Below are positions 22,529-33,962 of a stretch of DNA of 63,244 nt, in pieces. The translations under genes and the position numbers were made by a program. Numbering within the stretch: the first letter of the stretch is position 1; each line of letters begins with the position of its first letter. The DNA comes from an uncultured Deinococcaceae bacterium (lineage in GTDB: Bacteria; Deinococcota; Deinococci; Deinococcales; Deinococcaceae), in assembly GCA_964252075.1 (NCBI GenBank), contig CAXULY010000032.1:1-63244 (forward strand), given 5' to 3'. A model generated the notes under the pieces. It did not search any database. It had not been told where the DNA came from and saw only the letters and a list, made by a program, of their open reading frames with translations.

Positions 22529-23584
22529 TTACCCGACCGCCGCCTGACCCAGCGCGGACAGCACCGCCTCCCCGAACTGCTCGGTGCTCGCCGCGCCCCC
22601 GATGTCCCGCGTGGGGTGCGAACGCAGCGCCATGGACACCGCGCTCTCGATGCGGTTCGCGGCCTCCGGGCGGTCCAGGCTGTGCCGCAGCAGCATGCCC
22701 GCACTCAGGATGGTCGCGGCGGGGTTTGCCACGCCCTGCCCCGCGATGTCCGGCGCGCTCCCGTGAATCGGCTCGTACAGGCCCGGCCCCTCGCCCAGGC
22801 TGGCGCTCGGCATGAGGCCCAGCGAGCCCGGAATGACCGCCGCGAGGTCCGACAGGATATCCCCGAACAGGTTCTCCGTGACGATCACGTCGTAGCGGCT
22901 GGGGTCCGCGACGATCAGCATCGCCACGCTGTCCACGTACTCGTGGTTCAGCGCCACCTGCGGGAACTCCCGGTCGCGCAGGGCCTGCACCGCGCCCCGC
23001 CACAACTCCGAGACCTCCAGCACGTTCGCCTTGTCCACACTCGTGAGGCGCCCTCTCCGCTGCTGCGCGGCCCGCAGTGCCACGCGCGACACGCGCTCCA
23101 CCTCCGGCACCGTGTAGCGCATGGTGTTGTAGCCCATGTCGCCCTCAATGCCGCGCGCCGGGTCGAAGTACGCGCCGCCCAGCAACTCCCGCACGATCAG
23201 GATGTCCACGCCGCGCGCCAGCTCCGGCTTCAGCGGCGACAGGCGCTCCAGGCCCGGCAGCACCCGCACGGGCCGCAGGTTCGCGTAGCACCCCATCAGC
23301 TTCCGCATGGCGAGCAGCCCGGACTCCGGGCGCAGGTGACGCGGCAGGCGGTTCCAGGGCGAGTCCGGCGCGCCCCCCACCGTGCCCAGCAGCACCGCGT
23401 CCGCCGCCAGCACCGCCGCCCGCACCTCCGGCGTGAAGGGCTCGCCGCTCGCCTCGATGGCCGCCCCGCCAAACACATGCTCCTCCAGGGTCACGTCCGG
23501 TGCCACCTCGCGCAGCACCTCCACCGCCACGCGGATCACCTCCGGCCCAATGCCGTCGCCTGGCAGCACGATCACCTTAGGCAT
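22529..23584 (-). CDS. leuB: 3-isopropylmalate dehydrogenase
   Basis: [48 protein letters not shown]. Confidence 0.96.
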   Translation of the reverse strand: MPKVIVLPGDGIGPEVIRVAVEVLREVAPDVTLEEHVFGGAAIEASGEPFTPEVRAAVLAADAVLLGTVGGAPDSPWNRLPRHLRPESGLLAMRKLMGCYANLRPVRVLPGLERLSPLKPELARGVDILIVRELLGGAYFDPARGIEGDMGYNTMRYTVPEVERVSRVALRAAQQRRGRLTSVDKANVLEVSELWRGAVQALRDREFPQVALNHEYVDSVAMLIVADPSRYDVIVTENLFGDILSDLAAVIPGSLGLMPSASLGEGPGLYEPIHGSAPDIAGQGVANPAATILSAGMLLRHSLDRPEAANRIESAVSMALRSHPTRDIGGAASTEQFGEAVLSALGQAAVG

Positions 23585-24086
23585 GCGTCGTCTCGGCTTG
23601 CGCCGCCTCCTGTGCCTTCATGTACTCCAGCCAGCCGCCCGCCTTCTGCACGTCCAGCGCGAATTGTGGCACCGGCACGAAGGTCACGACCACGCCCGTG
23701 CGGGTGTTGGTGATGGTGCCGCCCGCGAGGTTCAGTGTGGCCTCGTCGCCATCCTGGAAGGCCGCCACAATATCCGGCGCTTCCAGGGCCAGGAAGCCGT
23801 TGTTGATGGCGTTCCGGTAAAAAATCCGCGCGAAGTTCGGCGCGATGACCGCCCCCACGCCCGCGCCCCGCAGGGCCCACACGGCGTGCTCGCGGCTCGA
23901 CCCGCATCCGAAGTCCGCGCCCGCCACGACGATGTCGCCCGGCTGCACGCGCTTCACGAAATCCTTGTCGTAATCCTCCATCGCGTAGCGGGCCAGCTCG
24001 GACTCCACATCGGTGGTGAGGTGACGCGCGGGAATGATCTCATCGGTGTTGATGTGCTCACGGGCAAAGACATGAACGGTAGGCAT
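23577..24086 (-). CDS. leuD: 3-isopropylmalate dehydratase small subunit
   Basis: [38 protein letters not shown] 8 nt upstream. Confidence 0.93.
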   Translation of the reverse strand: MPTVHVFAREHINTDEIIPARHLTTDVESELARYAMEDYDKDFVKRVQPGDIVVAGADFGCGSSREHAVWALRGAGVGAVIAPNFARIFYRNAINNGFLALEAPDIVAAFQDGDEATLNLAGGTITNTRTGVVVTFVPVPQFALDVQKAGGWLEYMKAQEAAQAETTHA

Positions 24087-24116
24087 AGACATATCTCCTT
24101 GGTCCAATCGCGGAGT

Positions 24117-24500
24117 TTAGGCTGGATGCTCGATGAGGAGCTTGGTGGTAAGTAAATCAGCAAGCTGAAACAGCACAAATAGGGGCAAACCAACTAAAAA
24201 AGTGATAGCGACTGTCCTCCAAAAACGATTAATAATTATGTGTATCGCAAGAAAAATTATACATCCTATTAATACGAACTTACCTGACGGCTGAAAACCA
24301 TAATACTTTATTATTAATGAGTTGATATTCAGAGCACTGTATATTGAATCGCAAATTATTGCCCCAAAAAACATGATAAGGCCGCCGAGAATTACTTTCA
24401 GTATTACATACCTTTCTCGATTAAACGAGCGACGTATGCTGTAATATGACACTAGAAAAAAAGCTGACAGGGAATATAGTAAGTAACTCATAAAATCCAC
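24117..24500 (-). CDS. AT-rich hypothetical membrane protein (about 4 TM)
   Basis: 127-codon ORF filling the leuC-leuD gap; hydrophobic segments; AT-biased codons. Confidence 0.65.
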   Translation of the reverse strand: MDFMSYLLYSLSAFFLVSYYSIRRSFNRERYVILKVILGGLIMFFGAIICDSIYSALNINSLIIKYYGFQPSGKFVLIGCIIFLAIHIIINRFWRTVAITFLVGLPLFVLFQLADLLTTKLLIEHPA

Positions 24501-24525
24501 TGTAAGAATTTGGTCTGGGCTTTGC

Positions 24526-25806
<1,281 letters not shown>

Positions 25807-25830
25807 GGTGTTTCGCCTCCCTGCCCGCGC

Positions 25831-25868
25831 AACAAAAACCCCCGAACCGTGCTGCTCAGGTTCGGGGG
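25831..25868 (-). terminator. Attenuator terminator of the leuC operon
   Basis: (-) CCCCCGAACC...GGTTCGGGGG followed by TTTTTGTT. Confidence 0.85.
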
Positions 25869-25892
25869 CGTACCTTCAGTGCCGGGGTCCGG

Positions 25893-25955
25893 TCACCGCC
25901 CCCAACGAAGAAGAAGCACCTCGGTGCTCGCTCGCTTGCGTGGGAACGTGGACAT
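25893..25955 (-). CDS. leuC leader peptide MSTFPRKRASTEVLLLRWGR
   Basis: Three tandem CTT codons; TAGTCT -10 box 7 nt before the ATG; leader GGGGGCG complementary to CGCCCCC of the terminator. Confidence 0.8.
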   Translation of the reverse strand: MSTFPRKRASTEVLLLRWGR

Positions 25956-26059
25956 TGACGGCAGACTACGCTGAAAGCGCGAGGAGGGCAAGCAGTCGTC
26001 TGGGCAGGCCAAATGTGGATGGTTTTACCGACCCCAGACTCTAGAGTCATTAGCGGAAA

Positions 26060-28765
26060 ATGAAAAAACAACTTCTCTTCCTTCTTCTTGTAGCCACCGA
26101 TTTGGTCTCGTGTTCCTCTCCGACCCCCGCGCCCGCACCTGCACCTGCGCCCACAGCGGACCTCACAGTGAAGGTGAGCGGGCCGCCCGCCGCCCCCGTC
26201 ACGGTGACCGACACGACCGGCAAGGTCATCTTCAACGACGTGATCACTGGAGATAAGACCTTTAAAGCGCTCGCCCTGAGCAGATTTCTGGTTACCCCTG
26301 GTGCCGTCAATGGGTACACTACCCCCACCCCGCAATCTGCCGATCTCACCAAGGGCAGTGCCAGCCTGACCCTCACCTACACCGCCATCGCCGACCCCCA
26401 GGTGCCCAACCCCGCGCACCTCACCGGGAAATTCAACCCCTGGAACGCCGGGCCCGCCAGCATGGTGGCTGTGGCAACCTCTGGCGGCTCCATCGTCGGG
26501 ACATACGCGGAAACCACGGTGGCCGACGACGGCGCCTACGACCTGACCCTGCCCGCGATCAGCGACCGTGACCTCCAGACGGTCAATCAGTACTTCTACG
26601 GCTGCGGGACCGGCGACGCTCGGACCAAAATCCTCAGCATTTCCAGCTTCGCGGTGCTGAACTCCGGGTACACCAACATCTGGGACGCCTGGCAGTACGG
26701 CATGGCCTATGAGCGCCCCGTGGCCGGAACGGACCTGACCTCAGGTGGCACCTACGTCCGTCTGTATGCCACCGCGCCTGTCAACGTGAATTGCACAGGT
26801 TACAACGGCCTTTCCATCGACCTGCACCTTAAGCAGGGCTGGAACCTCGCGGTCCTGTATGGCCCCATCAACAACTTACCGAGCAGCGACCAGCCGCGCC
26901 TCGTGGATGCTGCACCGAACGCTCCCATCTACCCTGTGTTTACGGCCAATCCCAACAAGTTGAGCCTCGTGGGTGGGTACAGTGACGTGGCTGTTGTCGC
27001 GGGCGCTTCCACCTCCATTCCTGACCTCAGGGCCAGCTTCAGCGGTCCGCCGCCCCTGCCCGCCACGGACCTGACCGTGACGCTGGAGAACGCCCCTGCG
27101 GGCGTCAGCCTTTCACCCACCACCGTCCCGTTCTCAAAGGGTTCCGCTACATTCAGCCCCACCATCAGCGCGTCCGACACCACGATCCCCGGCACATACT
27201 GGATCACGGTCCTGGCGAGCGAGGGACAGCTTCAAGCGAGGTACAACTTCACTCTGCACGTGACGGCTCCCGCCCCGGTCCTGAATGTCAAACTCAATGC
27301 CGACAGGCTGTACATCACCCCGGGCGGCAGTGCTACCCTGACGGGCACCATCAGCAGCGACCGGCCCGTCGCCAGCGCCTACCTTGAACTGTCGAACCTG
27401 CCGAGCACCATGTACGCCAACACCGTGTACATTCAGAATGTCAGCAGCACGCCGACCCCCTTCAGCGTGGTGATCAACTCATGGAGCACCCCGACCGCCG
27501 GCGGCACATACACCGCCAGCCTGAATGCCCGAGACGACTCCGGAGGCGCGTCCCTCACCATCCCGGTGGGCATGACCGTTTATGATTCGGGCTTCGACCT
27601 GAGTCAGAGCGCGAACCAGACCTTGGTGGTGTACGCCGGTGAGACCATGAACGTGCCGGTGTCCATCCGCTCCATCAACACCTTTAGCGGCACCATCTCG
27701 CTGCAACTGTCGAACTTGCCCACGGGCGTCACCCAGGTGGCCCCGGTCACCGTCAACATGAGCGGCAACGATGTGGCGGTGAACGTGCAAGTGCAGGCGA
27801 GCACCAGCGCTGACTTCTCGGACGCAGCGGTGCTGATCACCGCGAGTTCCGGAGCGCGGGCCAGCCAGACGAAGATGACGCTGAAAAGCCGACCGAAGCG
27901 GGCACAGGTGCCAGGGCAGAGCTCTTACTACAGCAACCAGCCCTCCGTGAGCAGTAACGGCTCGGCCTTCCTCACCTCGTCAAGCGGCATCTACAAAGTC
28001 AGCGCGGACCTAAACTTCAGCCAGCTGACCAGCAGTTCACCGAATTGCACGGTCGTGGTGGGCCAGGACGGTGGCCTCTGGACCAGCACCTACGGCTCCA
28101 CGCAGCCGTACATCCGCTACGACGCTTCCTCCGACGCCGTCACGAACTACGTATCGCCCGGGAACTTCTCTGGCTGCATCTTCATGCAGGTGGACAGCCA
28201 GCGGCGCGCGTGGGTCACGTCTTACTCGACCAGCGGCGTCACACGGGAGGACCTGATCAAGCAGACCAGCGACAAGGTGCCCGGGCTGAGTAACGTGTCG
28301 TCGATCAACCAGCTGCTTGTGGATGGCTCCACGGTCTGGGTCTCGTCTGGAAGCACCTTGTACAAGGTGAATGCTGATACCCTCGGCGTGACAACGTACG
28401 CTGTGCCAGGTATCAGCAGCGTCCCCACGTTTCAAGCGCACGGGAACAACATTTACTTCATCAACAACGGAAAGCTCGCGGTTTTCGACACGACCGTTCA
28501 GAGCCTCACATCGCTCAACGTCGCTAATTACAGTTTTACGGCCATCATGGGCCTGGACTCGCAGGGCAACGCGTGGGTTTCCGGGCGCCAATCTCCCAAC
28601 GACCAATCTGTGTGGGTGAAGCTTGACTCCGCCACCGGGCAGGTACTCCGCCAACTCCCTAACCTGAATACCTCGTACTACTATTCGTCCACGCTTGCCT
28701 CGGTTGCACCGGATGGCGGACTCTACTACGCAGAGAACAATTACATCCTGCACGTCGCACCCTGA
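26060..28765 (+). CDS. Large surface lipoprotein: lipobox, Ig-like repeats and a C-terminal beta-propeller-like region
   Basis: MKK..LVSC lipobox, PA linker, S/T-rich beta repeats (ENAPAGVS, SNLPSTM, SNLPTGVT), DGGLW/DSQRRAW/DSQGNAW propeller-type repeats. Confidence 0.75.
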   Translation: MKKQLLFLLLVATDLVSCSSPTPAPAPAPAPTADLTVKVSGPPAAPVTVTDTTGKVIFNDVITGDKTFKALALSRFLVTPGAVNGYTTPTPQSADLTKGSASLTLTYTAIADPQVPNPAHLTGKFNPWNAGPASMVAVATSGGSIVGTYAETTVADDGAYDLTLPAISDRDLQTVNQYFYGCGTGDARTKILSISSFAVLNSGYTNIWDAWQYGMAYERPVAGTDLTSGGTYVRLYATAPVNVNCTGYNGLSIDLHLKQGWNLAVLYGPINNLPSSDQPRLVDAAPNAPIYPVFTANPNKLSLVGGYSDVAVVAGASTSIPDLRASFSGPPPLPATDLTVTLENAPAGVSLSPTTVPFSKGSATFSPTISASDTTIPGTYWITVLASEGQLQARYNFTLHVTAPAPVLNVKLNADRLYITPGGSATLTGTISSDRPVASAYLELSNLPSTMYANTVYIQNVSSTPTPFSVVINSWSTPTAGGTYTASLNARDDSGGASLTIPVGMTVYDSGFDLSQSANQTLVVYAGETMNVPVSIRSINTFSGTISLQLSNLPTGVTQVAPVTVNMSGNDVAVNVQVQASTSADFSDAAVLITASSGARASQTKMTLKSRPKRAQVPGQSSYYSNQPSVSSNGSAFLTSSSGIYKVSADLNFSQLTSSSPNCTVVVGQDGGLWTSTYGSTQPYIRYDASSDAVTNYVSPGNFSGCIFMQVDSQRRAWVTSYSTSGVTREDLIKQTSDKVPGLSNVSSINQLLVDGSTVWVSSGSTLYKVNADTLGVTTYAVPGISSVPTFQAHGNNIYFINNGKLAVFDTTVQSLTSLNVANYSFTAIMGLDSQGNAWVSGRQSPNDQSVWVKLDSATGQVLRQLPNLNTSYYYSSTLASVAPDGGLYYAENNYILHVAP

Positions 28766-28780
28766 GCTGAGAAGCGACAG

Positions 28781-28814
28781 AAGCGGGGCCGCCCCAAGTG
28801 GGGCGGCCCCGCTT
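28781..28814. terminator. Bidirectional terminator between the lipoprotein gene and pilD
   Basis: AAGCGGGGCCGCCCC-AAGT-GGGGCGGCCCCGCTT perfect stem. Confidence 0.85.
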
Positions 28815-28823
28815 CCCTGTTCT

Positions 28824-29957
28824 TTATGCGCCCAACCAGCTCATGTACAGCGCGATGAGGCGGTCGCCGAACAGCAGGGCGATGACGGCGCCGATGGCGA
28901 GGTACGGGCCGAACTTCAGGCGGTTCTCGCGGCGCGCGGCGAGCTGCACGAGGCCCAGCACCGCGCCCACCACGACCGCGAGGGCAAGCGCGAGGAGCAT
29001 CTTCTCCCAGCCGAGGAAGGCGCCGATCACAGCGGCGAGCTTCACGTCGCCGAAGCCCATCGCCTCGGGGTCGTCGTCCTCCAGTTCCTCCGGGTCGGGC
29101 TGCGTCCACCAGTACACGCCCGCGGCGAGCGCCATGAGGCCCGCCGCCGCGAGGCCCCACTGCACCATGTTGATGAGGCCCGGCCCGACGGCGCTGGACG
29201 CGGCGATCACGAGGGACAGCACGAAGCCGCCCAGCGTCACGAATTCGGGGATGCGGACGGCGCGGCGCGTGGCGAGGTTCAGGCCCACGCTGAGCGCCCC
29301 GACCAGCGCGCCCCACCACGGCCCGAGCCACGCGCCCGCGAGGAGGGCCAGCGCGATCTGCTGGTACCCCACGGGCGTTTCGGGGTGGCGGCGCTCGCGG
29401 AAGCGGCGCAGCACCCAGGCGCCCAGCAGGTTGATGGTGGCGAGGATGCCCGCGCCGAGGAGCGCGCCGTGCACCGCCCCGGCGAACAGCGGCAGGCCCG
29501 CGGCGTCCGCGCCCGTGCGGGCGTTCAGCAGTCCGAAGATCAGGCCGAGGGCGGCGCCCGGCAGGGTGAGTTCGTCGGGGATGGTGTAGGTTTCGGCGTC
29601 AATGAAGCTCGCGGCGACCAGCAGCGTGAAGAGCGCGCACAGCCCGATGAGGCTCGCGCCCACCAGGCTCCACGGGAAGACCAGGGCCAGCACAAGGTAA
29701 CCGGCGGCGGTGAGCAGTTCCACCAGCGGGTAGCGGGCGTTGATGGGCGCGCGGCAGTAGCGGCAGCGTCCGCGCAGGGCCGCCCAGGACAGGACGGGCA
29801 CGAGGTCCAGGGCGTGCAGCTGGTGGTCGCAGTTCGGGCAGTGTGAGGGCGGGAAGGCGATGCTCTCGCGCCGGGGCAGGCGGTAGATCAGCACGTTGGT
29901 AAACGAGCCCACCAGTGCGCCCAGCACGGCGAACAGCACGGCGTAGTAGGAGTCCAC
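28824..29957 (-). CDS. pilD: Prepilin peptidase (A24)
   Basis: GSF.NV.I.RLP, two CxxC pairs, ID, MGFGDVKL, FGPYL. Confidence 0.95.
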   Translation of the reverse strand: MDSYYAVLFAVLGALVGSFTNVLIYRLPRRESIAFPPSHCPNCDHQLHALDLVPVLSWAALRGRCRYCRAPINARYPLVELLTAAGYLVLALVFPWSLVGASLIGLCALFTLLVAASFIDAETYTIPDELTLPGAALGLIFGLLNARTGADAAGLPLFAGAVHGALLGAGILATINLLGAWVLRRFRERRHPETPVGYQQIALALLAGAWLGPWWGALVGALSVGLNLATRRAVRIPEFVTLGGFVLSLVIAASSAVGPGLINMVQWGLAAAGLMALAAGVYWWTQPDPEELEDDDPEAMGFGDVKLAAVIGAFLGWEKMLLALALAVVVGAVLGLVQLAARRENRLKFGPYLAIGAVIALLFGDRLIALYMSWLGA

Positions 29958-29992
29958 CGGGCCAGTTTAAGGGCTGCTTAAGGTTTCCCCCG

Positions 29993-30976
29993 TCAGGTTT
30001 GAGAGGTTCCCGTCCAGTCACGCACCATGCTCAGCAGGGCCGGGGCGCGCACGAAGCCCAGCCGGTCGTTGATGGCGAGCATGGGAGCGTTGCCGCTCTC
30101 GTTGTCCGTCAGGACGCGGGCCACGCCCTGGGCCCGCGCGTACTGAAGCGCGCGCAGTTTCAGGGCGAGCGCGACCCCCCGTCCGCGCCATGCCTGCCGC
30201 ACGCCGGTGAGGCCCACCATGAGGTCCGGGCTGACCTCGCTGCGGTACAGGTCCGACATGCCGATCAGCTCGCCCTCCGCCACCGCGAGGAAGTACGCCT
30301 CGGGGATGAAGCCGGGGTCCTCCAGCACCCAGCTCGTGAACTGCTCCAGCTGAATGGGGGTGGGGGGCTCGCTGCGCGGCACGTCCAGCCGCACCTCGCT
30401 GAAGAGCGCGTGCATCCGGGCGCGCCAGCCCTCGGGCTCGCGCGCGGCGAGTTCGGCGGCGGTCGTGAAGGTCACGCCCTGCGCGGCGAGGCGTTCCTCC
30501 AGGTCCGCGTACGGGGCTGGGTCGAAGGTGGTCACGTCCAGGGCGCTCGTCCAGTAACGGCGGTCCTCGCGGTAGCCGCGCGCATCCGCGAAGTGCCGGG
30601 CGGCGGCGTCCGCCTCGCTCAGCTGCCCGCGCGTGCTGACGGGGTTCAGGGGCCGCAACTGGTCCTCGAGCGCGTGGTACAGCGCCGCGCCGACGCCCTG
30701 CCCGCGCGCCTCGGGCGCGACCAGCACGTCCACCACCCACTTGTGCGGGTGGTACTGGCCGGGCGACTGGCTGTACGAGGCGGCGCCCAGCAGCCCTCCG
30801 TCCGTCTCGGCCAGCCACCGGCCGTGCGCGTACCCGAGGTCGCGCTGGTCGCGGTCCAGGCTGAGCAGTTCGGTCGGGCCGAGTGGCGCGTGCGGCTTCA
30901 GGCGCGTGATGAGCGCGGCGGTCGCGGTCGCGTCCGCGTCCGTGAAGGGGCGCAGGGTGAAGGTGGGGGCGCTCAC
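29993..30976 (-). CDS. Two-domain GNAT acetyltransferase
   Basis: RGQGVG and TGV..AWRGRGVALALK, N.PMLAINDRLGF; GTGA overlap. Confidence 0.88.
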   Translation of the reverse strand: MSAPTFTLRPFTDADATATAALITRLKPHAPLGPTELLSLDRDQRDLGYAHGRWLAETDGGLLGAASYSQSPGQYHPHKWVVDVLVAPEARGQGVGAALYHALEDQLRPLNPVSTRGQLSEADAAARHFADARGYREDRRYWTSALDVTTFDPAPYADLEERLAAQGVTFTTAAELAAREPEGWRARMHALFSEVRLDVPRSEPPTPIQLEQFTSWVLEDPGFIPEAYFLAVAEGELIGMSDLYRSEVSPDLMVGLTGVRQAWRGRGVALALKLRALQYARAQGVARVLTDNESGNAPMLAINDRLGFVRAPALLSMVRDWTGTSQT

Positions 30977-31947
30977 GGCAGTTCCTTCGCGTACCGCAGG
31001 CGGTCCGGCTGGCGCACGAAGCCCAGCGCGGCGTTCATGCTGAGCATCGCGGTGTTCGGCGGGTCGTTGAAGGTGCGGATCTCGCCCCCGCTGTGCGCCT
31101 GCACGAACTGGGCGCCGCGCAGCTTGAGGGCCTTCGCGATGCCCAGGCCGCGGTACTCCGGCAGCACGCCCGTCATGCCGATCATCCAGAAGCCCGCCGG
31201 GTTCGAGAGCAGGCAGGAGTACCCCACGAACTGCCCCATGAGGGAATCGTCGCGGCGCGCGTCGAGCGCCACGAAGCTGGCGTCCAGGCTGAAGTGCGGG
31301 TCGTCCAGTTCGCGGCGCCACGCCTCGAAGGGCCGCTTGGTGACGGCCTCACCGAGCGGTACGTCCTGAAACAGGCGCCAGTCCAGCTCGTACAGCCAGC
31401 GTTCCCATGCGGCTTCGCCCTTGACGTCGCGCAGGGGGCGCAGCGTCACGCCGCGCGAGGCGAGGGCCGCCTCCAGCGCGGTGAGGGGCGTGAAGTCGAG
31501 GCCCGCCGTCTGCAGGCGCGACTCGTGCCGCCGCCACGCCACCTCGAAACCGCGCCCTTCCAGGAAGCGGCGGCCTTCCGCCTGCGCTTCCGTGCACATG
31601 GCCTGCACGCGGCGCGCGCCGCGCACGTTGAGTTCCTCGGTGATGCGCGCGTACAGCGCGCGGCCTACCCCCCGCCCGCGCGCGGTGGGATTCACCTGGA
31701 TGTTCAGCCAGTACTTGTCCGGGTCGAAGGCGTGCTCCATGTGCCCGAAAGCCGCGAGGCCCACCAGTCGGCCGTCCGTTTCCGCCGCGAGCTCGCGGTG
31801 GAAGGTGCTGGGGTCGCGCTGCCGGGCCTCCTGCTCCAGCAGCGCGGCCGTGACGGGCCACTCGGGGTTGCTGGCGGTCAGGAGGCGCGCGGCCTCCGGG
31901 TAATCGGCGGGCGTGGCGTCTCGAATCATGAGGGTCATGCCTGCCAT
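30973..31947 (-). CDS. Two-domain GNAT acetyltransferase (tandem paralog)
   Basis: RGRGVG and TGV..EYRGLGIAKALK, N.AML.MN..LGF; start 31938 or 31947. Confidence 0.88.
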   Translation of the reverse strand: MAGMTLMIRDATPADYPEAARLLTASNPEWPVTAALLEQEARQRDPSTFHRELAAETDGRLVGLAAFGHMEHAFDPDKYWLNIQVNPTARGRGVGRALYARITEELNVRGARRVQAMCTEAQAEGRRFLEGRGFEVAWRRHESRLQTAGLDFTPLTALEAALASRGVTLRPLRDVKGEAAWERWLYELDWRLFQDVPLGEAVTKRPFEAWRRELDDPHFSLDASFVALDARRDDSLMGQFVGYSCLLSNPAGFWMIGMTGVLPEYRGLGIAKALKLRGAQFVQAHSGGEIRTFNDPPNTAMLSMNAALGFVRQPDRLRYAKELP

Positions 31948-32029
31948 GGTGGGGGTCCGCCGCGGCCCGCGCATCCGCCGCTCGGCGGATGGCCGCCGCG
32001 TCCCGCCGGAAAGCTGCTAGCCTCCCCTC

Positions 32030-32677
32030 ATGAAGTTGCTCATGATCTTCCCCCATCCGGATGACGAGGCGTACGGCGCTTCCGGCACCGTGATGGATTT
32101 CGTGGAGGCGGGCGAGACGGTCGGTCTGGTGACCCTCACGCGCGGCGAGGCGGGCCGCACCCTCGGCCTCGCGGACTCCCGTGAGGCGCTCGCAGACCTG
32201 CGCGCGGGCGAACTCGCGGCGTGCCTGCAGGTGATGGGCGTGCAGGTGCACCACCAGCACCAGTACCCGGACGGCGGCGTGGACACCGTGAACGAGGAGG
32301 AACTCGTCGCGCTCGCGCGCGGGTACATCGAGCGGTACCGCCCGGAGGTCCTGCTGACCTTCGCGCCGAACGGCTCGAACGGGCACCGCGACCACGTCGC
32401 GACCAGCCGCGTGGTGCGCGCCGCGTGGGGGAGCCTCCCCGAGGACACGCGCCCCGAGCTGTGGTTCTACGCGGGCCCACCGCCCGAGAAGGACGCCCTG
32501 CGCGCCGAGTACCTGCCGCCGAACATGGAGCGGGACGTGACGCACCACCTCACGCGCAAGTTGCGCGCCATCGCGTGCCACCGCACGCAGGCGCTCTCCA
32601 CCGTGGACTTCATCCGGCAGTTCCCGGAGCGCATCCCGCTGGAGACCTTCCACGTCGCGTGGCGGCGCCTGCGCTAG
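32030..32677 (+). CDS. PIG-L family deacetylase (BshB/LmbE-like, cytoplasmic)
   Basis: PHPDDE, GHRDH, CHRTQ; TAGCCT -10 box 6 nt before the ATG. Confidence 0.88.
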   Translation: MKLLMIFPHPDDEAYGASGTVMDFVEAGETVGLVTLTRGEAGRTLGLADSREALADLRAGELAACLQVMGVQVHHQHQYPDGGVDTVNEEELVALARGYIERYRPEVLLTFAPNGSNGHRDHVATSRVVRAAWGSLPEDTRPELWFYAGPPPEKDALRAEYLPPNMERDVTHHLTRKLRAIACHRTQALSTVDFIRQFPERIPLETFHVAWRRLR

Positions 32678-32728
32678 CGCCCTAATCAGGGGTGCGGCGC
32701 ACGCCGGGCGTGGTCCGTACACTGGGGC

Positions 32729-33889
32729 ATGTTCCAGCCAGCGCTGTCCGCGAAGGTGCGCGCCCTCAAGCCTTCCTCCACGGTGTCCGTCACGAACCGC
32801 GCGCTGGAGTTGCAGCGCCAGGGCGTGAACGTCATCAGCATGTCGGTGGGCGAGCCGGACTTCGACACGCCCGACCACGTGAAGGAAGCGGCCTACGCCG
32901 CCATCCGCGCGGGCAAGACCAAGTACACCGCGGTGTCCGGCATCTTCGAGCTGCGTGAGGCCATCGCGGAGAAGCTCCGGCGCGAGAACGGCCTCACGTA
33001 CACGCCCGAGCAGGTGACCGTCACGAGTGGCGGCAAGCAGGCGCTCTTCAACGCGCTGTTCGCGCTGCTCGACCCGGGCGACGAGGTGCTCATTCCCGTG
33101 CCGTGCTGGGTGAGTTACCCGGAGATCGTGCGCTTCGCGGGCGGCGTGCCCGTGCCCGTGGCGACCCTGCCGGAGACCGGTTACCAGCTGGACGTAGAGG
33201 CGCTGCGCGCGGCCGTCACGCCGCGCACGAAGGTCATCATGCTGAACAGCCCGTCGAATCCTACGGGCGCCGTGTACCCCGAGGAGACCCTGCGCGCGGT
33301 GGCGGACCTCGCAGTGGAACGCGGGCTGTTCGTCATCACGGACGAGATGTACGAGCACATCGTGTACGACGCGGCGCACGTGTCCCTCGCGCGCTTCGCG
33401 CCCGAGCACACCCTCACCGTGAACGGCGCGAGCAAGGCCTACGCCATGACGGGCTGGCGCATCGGGTACGCGGCGGGCCCGCAGGCGCTCATCACGGCCA
33501 TGAACGCCATCCAGAGCCAGAGCACCAGCAACGCGAACAGCGTCGCGCAGTGGGCCGCCGCGACCGCCATCGCGGACAGCCGTGAGTTCATCGAGCGTTC
33601 CCGCGCGGAGTTCCGCCGCCGCCGCGACCACATCGTCGCGGGCCTGAACGCGCTGGGCCTCCCCACGCCCACCCCGGACGGCGCCTTCTACGTGATGGCG
33701 GACACCACCTCCATCCACCCGGATGAACTGGAGGCCGCGCGCCTCATCCTCGACGAGGCGCGCGTGGCGGTCGTGCCCGGCACGGATTTCCAGGCGCCCG
33801 GCCGGGTGCGCCTGAGTTACGCCACCAGCCTGGAGCGCATCGAGGAGGCGCTCTCGCGCATCGGGGCGCTGATCGGGGTGCCCGGCTGA
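32729..33889 (+). CDS. aspC: Aspartate aminotransferase (class I PLP)
   Basis: GEPDF, NSPSNPTG, DEMY, SKAYAMTGWRIG. Confidence 0.92.
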   Translation: MFQPALSAKVRALKPSSTVSVTNRALELQRQGVNVISMSVGEPDFDTPDHVKEAAYAAIRAGKTKYTAVSGIFELREAIAEKLRRENGLTYTPEQVTVTSGGKQALFNALFALLDPGDEVLIPVPCWVSYPEIVRFAGGVPVPVATLPETGYQLDVEALRAAVTPRTKVIMLNSPSNPTGAVYPEETLRAVADLAVERGLFVITDEMYEHIVYDAAHVSLARFAPEHTLTVNGASKAYAMTGWRIGYAAGPQALITAMNAIQSQSTSNANSVAQWAAATAIADSREFIERSRAEFRRRRDHIVAGLNALGLPTPTPDGAFYVMADTTSIHPDELEAARLILDEARVAVVPGTDFQAPGRVRLSYATSLERIEEALSRIGALIGVPG

Positions 33890-33962
33890 GCTGAGGCGCG
33901 ACCCCGGCCCGTCCTGAGCGTCCTCACCGCCCGCGCTCAGGATCGCGGCGCAGCATGGGGGC

